From assembly GCA_030603385.1 (NCBI GenBank), contig JAUVXW010000013.1, positions 21,629 through 85,628 of the forward strand: DNA of 64,000 bases, in the 5' to 3' direction. This document shows positions 40,766 to 49,723 of the stretch, one piece after another. A program made the position numbers and the translations under genes. The notes below the pieces were generated by a model. It was not told the DNA's origin. It did not search any database and saw nothing but the letters and a program-made list of their open reading frames with translations. Position 1 is the first letter of the stretch. Every line of letters begins with the position of its first letter. The stretch comes from Promethearchaeota archaeon (GTDB taxonomy: Archaea; Asgardarchaeota; Lokiarchaeia; Sigyniarchaeales; SOKP01).

Positions 40766-42025
40766 TTATTCAATTTCAATGTTATATTTCTTGAAAATTT
40801 TTTCGAGCTCATCGCTAGCTAGATGCTTTAAAATATCTACTAATGGGGCTAAAACTTCCTCTTGCTTTGCCTTTCTATTTTGGCTAATTCTTCCTTCTTT
40901 TACTTGAAAACTCGATTGTGCCCAACTATATTCATCATTAAATGTGAACCAGATTTCTTTATAAGCGCCTTCTTGTCCTCCATTTCCAGCTAATGGCTTC
41001 TTATCGACAGGTACTTCAGGATCTTGTAGATAACACCAATCTAATATTACCCATTCGAGTTTCCTTGAAGATTCAGGTCTATCTGCTAAATAGATACAAT
41101 ACGCGTGGCCTCCTTCCTCAGATGAGGGGAATAATGGATTTGTCATTACCTGAGCTGCAGCTACTTTTACTCTCCATGAAGGAATTCCCGCATTTATCAA
41201 TAGACCTGCTATTAAAATGGCACCATCTTCACAGTCACCAATTTCCGATTGAATAGATTCAAAAGGGAATTGCCAAAACTCAGGACATTCGACAGATTCA
41301 TCATCTCCGATATATTTAAGAAAATCACACACGAACTTCTGAATTACCCTTGCAGTTTCGTTTGCAGTTTCTCGTCTTAATCCCGCTTGACTTATGACAT
41401 GCCAAAGAATTGCATCATTATCTTTTATAAAGGTTTTTACATCAGCATCAATTTGTTTTTTATATGATTCACCTCTCAATGCCCTAGCTGTGTAAATGAT
41501 TGGAGCTTTTTCCCATTTATCATTCCAGTATTTAAGACCATATTTGCCATAATCACCTTCAAATGGTGAAATTTCAATTAATTCTGGAGGTGTAATAATT
41601 TCTTCGTCTTTCTTCCCTTTCTTCTCTTTCTTTTCTGGTTCTCCTGAAAGAGATTTAGCATTTATAATCCATTTTTTTACTTCACTCTCTGTTGGAACCT
41701 TTGTAAGAACTTTTGGTTTTTCTTTTTTCAAATCCTTCAGTTTAGTTATAATACTTTTTGGATTTCTACGTGCGAATTCTTTTACAGAATCAATTCCAAT
41801 TAGGTTTAGAGCATTTGCGATTTTTGGATTGACTCCATCAATCCTCATTAAATCTGCATGCTCTTGCCAGCTATCAAGAAGTTCAGCGGATACTCCAATC
41901 TTTTTCGCCAGTTTTTTGATTTGACTTGTTGTTAGAGGTAATAGGTCTTCAACGTTCCCAAATCCTTGTTTTTCCAAAAGACTAGCATGTACCTTATCAA
42001 TTCCTACAATTTCTATAATTTTCAT
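40766..42025 (-). CDS. DUF4332/HhH-like domain fused to a transglutaminase-like domain
   Basis: ADLMRIDGV...GIDSVKE; GDCEDGAIL, GHAY, ILDW (Cys-His-Asp). Confidence 0.8.
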   Translation of the reverse strand: MKIIEIVGIDKVHASLLEKQGFGNVEDLLPLTTSQIKKLAKKIGVSAELLDSWQEHADLMRIDGVNPKIANALNLIGIDSVKEFARRNPKSIITKLKDLKKEKPKVLTKVPTESEVKKWIINAKSLSGEPEKKEKKGKKDEEIITPPELIEISPFEGDYGKYGLKYWNDKWEKAPIIYTARALRGESYKKQIDADVKTFIKDNDAILWHVISQAGLRRETANETARVIQKFVCDFLKYIGDDESVECPEFWQFPFESIQSEIGDCEDGAILIAGLLINAGIPSWRVKVAAAQVMTNPLFPSSEEGGHAYCIYLADRPESSRKLEWVILDWCYLQDPEVPVDKKPLAGNGGQEGAYKEIWFTFNDEYSWAQSSFQVKEGRISQNRKAKQEEVLAPLVDILKHLASDELEKIFKKYNIEIE

Positions 42026-42112
42026 GTTTAACGCTCTAAAATTTTATTCTAATGCAAATAAATCAGTATAACTATAAAAAGAAGATATTAAAATTCTATA
42101 AAAAAATTTAGA

Positions 42113-42808
42113 CTAAAAATGAATAACAAATTTCTTTTTTCGTTGTTCTAACGAAACAGCTAAAAACGCCTTATTTTGTACTAAATTAAAAATCAACTCA
42201 GCAATTTCTTCATTATTCAGCTTAAGCGAACCACTGATTTCATAAAATAATTTTTCTAGCAAAAATCCGCCTTTAGTTTTATGAGCAAGGACTTTAGCGA
42301 ATTGAAAAACTTTTTTAGATTTTGGAGATAATTTTTTTCCCTTCGTTGAGCCTAATTTATACGGTAAGGTTAAATATAGATGGAAAACATCTTCAATGAT
42401 ATCTTCTATACTCTGTTTTGATTTAGATTGCTTCCGAAAAATTGAAATGTCTCCTTGAAATTGGGTATATAATCCTAAAATTTCTCTTTTGTATTGACCC
42501 TCAAATAATTCACAAAAAAATTTTAAAACCTCCCTTGTGAATAGAGTGGGTAAATTATTGAGAATTAAACTAATCCAGATCATTTTACCTGCCCGAGTAA
42601 TTAGATATTTTCCCTCTAGAGTTGCTTGTTCAATTTCCCCTGGTTCTAATGGTAAATCTAAAATTTCATATTGAATTGAACTCCGAAATGTATCAAGAAA
42701 ATCAAGATCAAAACTACCCGCAGTTTTATAGTAAATGATCTCTCGAGATTCTCTATGAGTTATAATAACGTATTCAATTGATAATGCTAAAGATAAATAT
42801 TCTGAAAT
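42113..42808 (-). CDS. Hypothetical longin-like plus helical-domain protein; start apparently ATT at 42808
   Basis: The frame is open 75 codons upstream of the ATG at 42583 (ISEYLSLALSIEYVIITHRESREIIYYK...), preceded by GGAAGGT and a BRE/TATA-like GCAAAATTATAAATAA. The fold assignment is inference. Confidence 0.6.
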   Translation of the reverse strand: MSEYLSLALSIEYVIITHRESREIIYYKTAGSFDLDFLDTFRSSIQYEILDLPLEPGEIEQATLEGKYLITRAGKMIWISLILNNLPTLFTREVLKFFCELFEGQYKREILGLYTQFQGDISIFRKQSKSKQSIEDIIEDVFHLYLTLPYKLGSTKGKKLSPKSKKVFQFAKVLAHKTKGGFLLEKLFYEISGSLKLNNEEIAELIFNLVQNKAFLAVSLEQRKKKFVIHF

Positions 42809-42876
42809 AAGAATTCTTACCTTCCACTGTGATTTCTATGTATATTGAATAGTGTCTTTTTTATTTATAATTTTGC
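42684..42876 (-). repeat. Direct repeat copy 1 (promoter and 5' end of the intact gene)
   Basis: About 90% identical to 47417-47610 by hand count. Confidence 0.95.
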
Positions 42877-43038
42877 GTGTTATTTCTTAAAATGTATCGT
42901 TAAATTCAGAATTTAAAAAAGCTATTGTTTTATGAGTTATGAGATAAAATTGTTCAAATTCCTTTGAGTACACAAAAGTATTAAATACTATATTATAAAC
43001 AATTTATTTAACAAACTTTAAAAAAATGGCGAAATATT

Positions 43039-45480
43039 ATGAAAAAGACAATAAAAAGAGTATTGGTTATACTATTAGGAAGTATTCTATGGTTATCAAT
43101 TTTTATAAGTAATGAATTTTTCAATGAAACTAACTTATATTCAAATATAAATAATCCTGTCCAATTCGCTAATGGCCCAATCCCACCATCAATGGGCCAA
43201 TCACTTGTCTTTGGAACAATAGCGGGCCCTATAGATTTGGATCCGCACTTATGCTACGATTCATCTAGTCAAGCCGTAATTTCCCAAATTTGTGAGGGTC
43301 TCTATAAATTCAATACCACAGATCCTACATATCCAATAGTTCCGGTACTTGCAACAGCACTACCGACAATCTCACCAGATGGTTTAAATATAACCATTCC
43401 TCTTAGAACAGGTGTCACATTTACAGATGGAACGCCGTTTAATGCAACCGCTGTAAAATGGAATTTTGACAGATTAAACTATTTCTTAAATTATTCAGGG
43501 AACCAGTTTTTACCTGCTCCGTTTAATATACCACTTCCTTCAGATGGTTCTATCCAAAAAACTACAGCAGAAATGCTATTTACATTAAACAGCGTTCCCA
43601 TTATTAATAGAACAGAAGTTATCGGCCCATATACCATAAAAATTGTGATGAATGTACCAAAAGCATCCTTTATTAATCTGTTAACTTATCATTCCACCTT
43701 TTTCCACTCACCTACATCTGCACAAGCCCAAGGGAAAGAACTTGACTATCTCACGTATGCCGATGCCGATACTTTAATTGGGACGGGTCCTTTTATCTTC
43801 CAATATTATGCCACCAATATTGAAGTAAATTTTATTGGGAACCCGAATTATTGGCAGGGTGCTCCATTATTAACAGAGCTAATATTTTCAATTATTCAAG
43901 ATACTAATGCTTTGAATTTAGCGGTACTTGCAGGTGATATTGACTTATGTGATGCCCCAGCGTCAAGTTTCTTTGATACATTCAGAGCTGATCCAGACAT
44001 AACCCTCCTGGAAGCCGGACCTACTGTATTAACTAGTTATATGGGATTTAATGGATATATGGTGAATACGACATTTCGGAAAGCAATCTCATATGCGATT
44101 AATTATTCATATCTAATCGATGTAGTTTTGTCAGGTGAAGCATATAGATTGAAATCTCCAATCCCCGAAGGCATACCAATGTCGAACTATTCTTTCAATT
44201 ATCCCGTATTTGACCGTGCATATGCACAATCAATCATGCAATCTATGGGATATGGAACAACCTTTACGACAGATGCTGATTGGACTACTCATGCGGATGG
44301 AGGAGGATGGGGGTTTGGATGGAATATTACAGCCCAAACTGAAGGAGTAACCCGAAGAGACTTCGCTATACTTATTTCGGACAGTCTAAGATATCTCGGG
44401 ATTAATGCTCCCGTAGTACAGATCCCTTTTGGGGATTTACTCACATGCATACAAAATGATGTTGGGTTCTTAAGACGAGACAGAATCCCAATGTACATGC
44501 TTGGATGGGGTCCTGATTATATAGATCCTGAGAATTACATTTCACCTTTATACAGTAATAGATCATCAATTTGGGTCAATACCTATGATTATGAATTAGA
44601 GCAATTAATGCTCGCGGGAGAAACAACAGTCGATATTCTTGCTAGACTAGCAATTTATAATGAAATTCAACGGAAATTGGTTGAAGAACTCTACTTTTTT
44701 GCTTGGATCGCGACAGGCAAGAATTATGATGTTTATCAAAATTACGTTAAAGGATGGGTTCCTAATGCTATTAATGTAATCGATTTCTATCCTGTATATC
44801 TCGATATACCAGATTTGATAGCACCAACGATCATTATATTTTTTCCAATTCTTAATCAAATATATAGTTATAATTCTCCCGACTTTGCTATTACTGTCAG
44901 TGATGTTTCTCCAATAAATTCTACATGGTATACTATAGATGGAGGATTAACAAATTACACCTTTTCCGGACTAGCAGGAACTATAAATCAAACAGCATGG
45001 GATAATGAAAATAGTGGTCTGATTACTTTAAGATTCTACGCAAATGATTCGGCAGGAAATGTAGGTTTTACAGATAGAATTGTCATAAAAGATGTGTTAA
45101 CACCAGAAATTACAATTAATTCCCCAATTGCAGGTGAGGAGTTCACGGAACCCCCTGATTTTACTATTTCTATTATTGAAGGGAATTTAGACTCCACTTG
45201 GTATACGGTAGAAGGAAGCCTGACCCAATATCCATTCATAGGATTAACTGGAACAATCCATCAAAATGCATGGGATGACGCACCAGAAGGAGATGTTACT
45301 ATAGCTTTTTATGCTGAAGATAGAGCAGGAAATATGGGATCTAAAAGTGTAGTAGTTAAGAAAAGAATCCCATCAAAAGGACCAGAAATTCCAGGATATA
45401 ATGTATTGATAATAACTGGTATTTCATTCATTGCTCTTTTCATTATAACGCAGAAGAGAAGAATAAATATAAAAAAATAA
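43039..45480 (+). CDS. Orphan ABC peptide/nickel substrate-binding protein (family 5) with two Ig-like repeats and C-terminal sorting signal
   Basis: LDP, LRTGVTFTDGTPFNA, IGTGPF, NPNYW; two STWYT...NAWD...FYA.D.AGN repeats; IPGYN-TM-KRR. Confidence 0.9.
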   Translation: MKKTIKRVLVILLGSILWLSIFISNEFFNETNLYSNINNPVQFANGPIPPSMGQSLVFGTIAGPIDLDPHLCYDSSSQAVISQICEGLYKFNTTDPTYPIVPVLATALPTISPDGLNITIPLRTGVTFTDGTPFNATAVKWNFDRLNYFLNYSGNQFLPAPFNIPLPSDGSIQKTTAEMLFTLNSVPIINRTEVIGPYTIKIVMNVPKASFINLLTYHSTFFHSPTSAQAQGKELDYLTYADADTLIGTGPFIFQYYATNIEVNFIGNPNYWQGAPLLTELIFSIIQDTNALNLAVLAGDIDLCDAPASSFFDTFRADPDITLLEAGPTVLTSYMGFNGYMVNTTFRKAISYAINYSYLIDVVLSGEAYRLKSPIPEGIPMSNYSFNYPVFDRAYAQSIMQSMGYGTTFTTDADWTTHADGGGWGFGWNITAQTEGVTRRDFAILISDSLRYLGINAPVVQIPFGDLLTCIQNDVGFLRRDRIPMYMLGWGPDYIDPENYISPLYSNRSSIWVNTYDYELEQLMLAGETTVDILARLAIYNEIQRKLVEELYFFAWIATGKNYDVYQNYVKGWVPNAINVIDFYPVYLDIPDLIAPTIIIFFPILNQIYSYNSPDFAITVSDVSPINSTWYTIDGGLTNYTFSGLAGTINQTAWDNENSGLITLRFYANDSAGNVGFTDRIVIKDVLTPEITINSPIAGEEFTEPPDFTISIIEGNLDSTWYTVEGSLTQYPFIGLTGTIHQNAWDDAPEGDVTIAFYAEDRAGNMGSKSVVVKKRIPSKGPEIPGYNVLIITGISFIALFIITQKRRINIKK

Positions 45481-45657
45481 TTTTAATTAATTTTTTTTTA
45501 AAACCTAATCTTTGAACCTTACAGTGTCAGTTATTACTAAATATATAAGAAGAATTAATGAATAATACAGTATAGGTGAAAATCTATACATATACAAATC
45601 TAAAATTAATAAAATTTGAATGGAAAAAAAAAATCTTTTCTTATCATATTAGGAATT

Positions 45658-45836
45658 AAATCAGAATCAAAATCATTAGCAGTTTTATAGTAAATGATCC
45701 CTCTAGATTCTCTATGTGTTATAGTAATATACTCAATTGATATTGCTAAAGATAAATATTCTGAAATAGGAATTCCTACCTTCCACTGTGATTTCTTATG
45801 TATATTGAATAGTGCTCTATTTATTTATAATTTTGC
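45658..45836 (-). repeat. Direct repeat copy 2 (promoter and truncated 5' gene fragment)
   Basis: gcagttttatagtaaat...taccttccactgtgatttc...ttatttataattttgc; encodes ISEYLSLAISIEYITITHRESRGIIYYKTA, then diverges. Confidence 0.95.
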
Positions 45837-45986
45837 TTGGCGTATTAATGATAAAATCAATTGATATTAAAAACAATTTAATTGTAATAATTGTAAATTT
45901 TAACAACGGGATATCCTAAAACAATGGATGACCAATTAATTGATATGAAAACCTAAAATAGAAGAAAAAAAAAAAGCAAAGTAATC

Positions 45987-47348
45987 TTATTGGTTTTTTA
46001 AATGATATTTTTTAATCATTATTAGAACTGCGCAACTAAGTATTCCTATTATAATCCATAAATTGAACCCTGGAATTGTGCCACCGGTACCACCATTACC
46101 CTCTTTACTTGGTATTAATAATTCCAAATTTTTGATTATAAAAGCATCCAAACCAGCAATTCCGGGTGTCCTTCCGACCATGTATACATTCCCAGATGTA
46201 TCTACTTCGACATTATGTCCTATATTCCTACCTGCTGTAGTATTGCCTTTCCATGACCCTACTCGGAGTAAAGTACCATTTGAAGCAAATTTCATTAATA
46301 AAGCTGAACTCTCATAGTTGGCCATCTCAGTAGCACCTGTAATGAAAATGTTAGAATTATCATCTAATGTAATACCATAAGCCCATGAAGTGATATCTTG
46401 GTATGTGCTCTCCCAGAGTAACTCTCTTGATGGATTATATTTTCTTAAAAATAACGCCCCATTGGAATCCGTTCCATAAAATCCTGTAACATAGAAATTT
46501 CCCGAAGAATCTACTATAACATCCATAACTCGTCCGCTATAATATGCTGGCTCATCCCAAGTTATATTCCAGAATTGATAACCAGTAGTAGCATTAAAAC
46601 AAGCAATCAGAGGGATATCCTTACTTAGAGTATAGTTACGCTCTTGACCAACAACATAGATTAAATCGTTAAAAGTTGCAATTCCGTGAATGCTTTTCCT
46701 AGAATCATCTTTTATACCAAAAGTTACGTTCCAAACTTCAGTTCCACCGGAATCGAGTTTTAGAATGAAATATTGATATGTATACGAAGGATGAGAACCA
46801 TATGGCATCTCTCCAATAAAATAAATGTCACCTGTTTGACTTAACGTCATATCTGAAGTATAACACCCGGTCGCTCCCGATTTAACCCATGTTCTATTCC
46901 ATAGGTAATTTCCTAAACCGTCATACTTTCCTAGAAAACATTCATATCTTGAGGTACTTTGATTAAGGTAATTACTTCCTACATAAATTTCTGTTCCACT
47001 AACTGCAAGTGCTCTAAACTTATCTTGACTGCCACCGTCCCTGGTATCATTCCAAAGCTGTGTTCCTGTTTCGTCAAATTTAGCGACAAATTGATCTATA
47101 GTTGTATTATACGTTTGCCCTCCAATAATTATATCATCGTTACTGTCAATGGCAACATCAAAAGCCATATCATCATTATCATCAAATCTACTCCATAATG
47201 AAATCCAATCATAAGGTGCTGATAAGTTAACAGATGTAGTCTCTGGAACATGAGTTCTTTGGTTTACCGTTAAATTTATTGGTTCAGTTATAAATAGAAC
47301 AAGGCTGATAAATAATACTGTTTTAATTAATATTCGATTTATTTTCAT
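45987..47348 (-). CDS. Secreted beta-propeller (SBBP-like) surface protein with C-terminal sorting signal
   Basis: Signal peptide from MKINRILIK; repeated D..GN.YV.G...K.D..G...W units; IPGFN-TM-KK. Confidence 0.85.
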   Translation of the reverse strand: MKINRILIKTVLFISLVLFITEPINLTVNQRTHVPETTSVNLSAPYDWISLWSRFDDNDDMAFDVAIDSNDDIIIGGQTYNTTIDQFVAKFDETGTQLWNDTRDGGSQDKFRALAVSGTEIYVGSNYLNQSTSRYECFLGKYDGLGNYLWNRTWVKSGATGCYTSDMTLSQTGDIYFIGEMPYGSHPSYTYQYFILKLDSGGTEVWNVTFGIKDDSRKSIHGIATFNDLIYVVGQERNYTLSKDIPLIACFNATTGYQFWNITWDEPAYYSGRVMDVIVDSSGNFYVTGFYGTDSNGALFLRKYNPSRELLWESTYQDITSWAYGITLDDNSNIFITGATEMANYESSALLMKFASNGTLLRVGSWKGNTTAGRNIGHNVEVDTSGNVYMVGRTPGIAGLDAFIIKNLELLIPSKEGNGGTGGTIPGFNLWIIIGILSCAVLIMIKKYHLKNQ

Positions 47349-47416
47349 AATACAATATATATCGTAGGAAGTATAAAAAGAATTAATGTGCTTTACACAA
47401 AAATGTAAAAAATATA

Positions 47417-47610
47417 CGAGATGAATCAAGAAAGTCAGGATCAAAATTACCCGCAGTTTTATAGTAAATTATCTCTCGAGATTCTCTATGTGTTATAATA
47501 ATATATTCAATTGATATTGCTAAAGATAAATATTCTGAAATAGGAATTCCTACCTTCCACTGTGATTTCTTATGTATATTGAATAGTACTCTATTTATTT
47601 ATAATTTTGC
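47417..47610 (-). repeat. Direct repeat copy 3 (promoter and truncated 5' gene fragment)
   Basis: Encodes ISEYLSLAISIEYIIITHRESREIIYYKTAGNFDPDFLD, then diverges and stops. Confidence 0.95.
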
Positions 47611-47831
47611 CTAATATCAGTTAAAGAATTAATAACTTAATCTTGGGAATCATTATCATCAATATTGAGAATAAAAGTGCAGATGGCGCACTCAAAGGCA
47701 CAAAGGAGTATATACTATTTACAAAAAAGTAAAAATATAAATAGCTACTTATTAATTTATATTTTACACCGAAATCTAATCTAAAAAAAAAAAAACTATA
47801 AAAAGAAATTATATAGAGGTGGTAATAAAAA

Positions 47832-48146
47832 ATGTTATTTATTTCATATTGGGAGTTAAACCCAGATTTTGATCCCTCAGAATTAGCTGAAATTACACAA
47901 ATGCTCATGAGTAAAAAACTCTACCCCGCTGAAGGAGTTAATGACATCGCTTTTCATGTAAGTACATCGGACTATTGGGGAATTAGTATAAGTGAATCCG
48001 ACAGTGAAGAGGCAATGGCTAGAAGTACTAATATGTGGAGAATTGCCAAACCTGGCTACATAAAGCTTGTTAAAACCACACCTGCAATGGAAGTAGCTAA
48101 AGCACTACCAGTAATAATGAAACTAAAAAAAGATATAAAAGGTTAA
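47832..48146 (+). CDS. Small hypothetical protein (DUF3303-like)
   Basis: MLFISYWE start, WGISISE, KTTPAM; family assignment tentative. Confidence 0.55.
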   Translation: MLFISYWELNPDFDPSELAEITQMLMSKKLYPAEGVNDIAFHVSTSDYWGISISESDSEEAMARSTNMWRIAKPGYIKLVKTTPAMEVAKALPVIMKLKKDIKG

Positions 48147-48253
48147 TATTAAACTGACTTCCATTCTTTCTTCATCAAGGATCAAGAGTAAAATTATTTA
48201 TCAAAATCTTAATTTTCTTTTTTTTTTGATTAGAACTGTTAATATAATTTTAA

Positions 48254-49216
48254 TTATCTATTTTGAGAATTTTTAGCAGCAAATTCATCGATTTCTTTCT
48301 GATCTTTACTATTATCATCATTTTTCTTGTTTTCTAAATATTCATAAATTTTATTCCCTGAAGCAAGTGGGAAAATATTTTTATCTTCTTTAAAAGTTTT
48401 AAGTGATTTCATGCGTTTTTTAGACCAATACCCCCGGGGAGGTGTAGAAATTCCCCATTTCTTACACCATTTCTTAACTGTTTTATCTGATACTCCATAA
48501 TTTTTGCCAATTTTAGTTAACGGTAATTGCCATACAAGTTCTTCCAGTTTTTTCTTTGTAATTTTGAATTTTTTTTTATTAGAACGCCAAGCATTAGCTT
48601 TAATTTTAGCTATTCTACTTTCCTCAGTCTCAAAATTATGTCTTTTACTCTGTAAGCTATTATGATAATTTGCTAGCATTTCATTGTATAATTCGATACC
48701 TAGACTCATAGAATATCCATGACCCTTAATTAATCTAGTTCCTATAAAACTCCGACTTCTTTTTTCATAGATTTTAAAAGGTAAATTAAAATGGCTCTTA
48801 ATTTGTTCTAAAAATATTTTACTCCCAGTAATGATTCGAGTAGTACCAGTTTTCCCATCTCCATCATAGAATCCAAGAAGAAAAGCTAAATATAATTTAC
48901 GGTTACTTAGATTTGGTAATTCTATAATTTTTGATTTTCTAGGTACAACTCCCCATCTAACTAAATCTTTTACAATTTTTTTATTAACAAATTTAACTAC
49001 CACAGTATGATCTCTTTCTCTGTAATGCTTACGATTTGGATCAATATCTAGTGTTATAATAAACCGATCTATAAGTATCTCATCATCTTTACCAATTTCG
49101 ATCCCCAATCTATAAGCCTTCTGATTTCTAGTTTCTATATAACCCTCAGCATAAAGAAATCCTAACCAATAAGATTTTTCTTTTATATCAATATCATCAA
49201 AATAATTTTCCTTCAA
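48254..49216 (-). CDS. Free-standing double-motif LAGLIDADG endonuclease with C-terminal HTH
   Basis: YWLGFLYAEG and FLLGFYDGDG; LTKIGKNYGVSDKTVKKWC HTH; no intein or host gene around it. Confidence 0.88.
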   Translation of the reverse strand: MKENYFDDIDIKEKSYWLGFLYAEGYIETRNQKAYRLGIEIGKDDEILIDRFIITLDIDPNRKHYRERDHTVVVKFVNKKIVKDLVRWGVVPRKSKIIELPNLSNRKLYLAFLLGFYDGDGKTGTTRIITGSKIFLEQIKSHFNLPFKIYEKRSRSFIGTRLIKGHGYSMSLGIELYNEMLANYHNSLQSKRHNFETEESRIAKIKANAWRSNKKKFKITKKKLEELVWQLPLTKIGKNYGVSDKTVKKWCKKWGISTPPRGYWSKKRMKSLKTFKEDKNIFPLASGNKIYEYLENKKNDDNSKDQKEIDEFAAKNSQNR

Positions 49217-49283
49217 CCTATTTTAGATTTTAAAAATTAGATAATAAACTAAAAGAATTTTTTATATTCGAGTGAAATAAGTG

Positions 49284-49459
49284 TGGAGGGGGTGAGAATT
49301 TCTACTGCTTCCGATGTGACAAGCAATATTCGAACTCACGAATTAAGGCTCTTTACGGAAACCTTAAAGAGTGGCCTTTGCCACTGGATCTTAAGTCCAG
49401 CACCTTTAGTTGACCCATTTTGGCGTAAAATGGCTTTGACCAAGCTCGGTAACCCCTCC
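49284..49459 (-). tRNA. trnL: tRNA-Leu(UAA) with three introns (~49408-49437, 49343-49372, 49298-49328)
   Basis: Removing the three hairpins gives an 85-nt cloverleaf: acceptor GGAGGGG/CCCCTCC+A, anticodon arm CTGGA-CTTAAGA-TCCAG, variable arm GGC-AAAG-GCC, T arm GTGAG-TTCGAAT-CTCAC. Confidence 0.92.
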
Positions 49460-49723
49460 AACATTAGAAAATAGTTTCTGTTTTTTAAAAGCTCTAAAAA
49501 TATAATTAAAAGCTTTTAAGGGTGACAATAATTCAAAGTTATAATTTTAATTTAAATTTTTCTTAAGCTTCTGATATTAATGGTTAGATAAGGTTTAAAG
49601 AAAAAACAAAAAGAAATAAATAATTGTAAAATATTAAAATAATATCGTACTCACAATTCATCAACATGTACTTATAGATTTAGATTATTATCTTAAAATA
49701 GATAAATTATATGGTTAAATATC

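Noticed and set aside
47349-47444. N-terminal extension of the beta-propeller ORF, or fusion to repeat copy 3
   Set aside because: The repeat's coding frame differs from the propeller frame and stops before it; the signal peptide begins at ATG 47348.
42684-47610. Repeats as a CRISPR array, IS ends or integron attC sites
   Set aside because: Units are ~180-195 bp direct repeats of promoter and coding sequence, spaced by kilobases. No terminal inverted repeats, attC-like hairpin, cas, transposase or integrase was seen.
42877-49284. Classical tRNA-integrated element
   Set aside because: No second copy of the tRNA 3' end and no integrase was found by eye in the window.
49283-49474. 63-aa ORF on the + strand
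   Set aside because: It is the antisense of the intron-containing tRNA-Leu gene.
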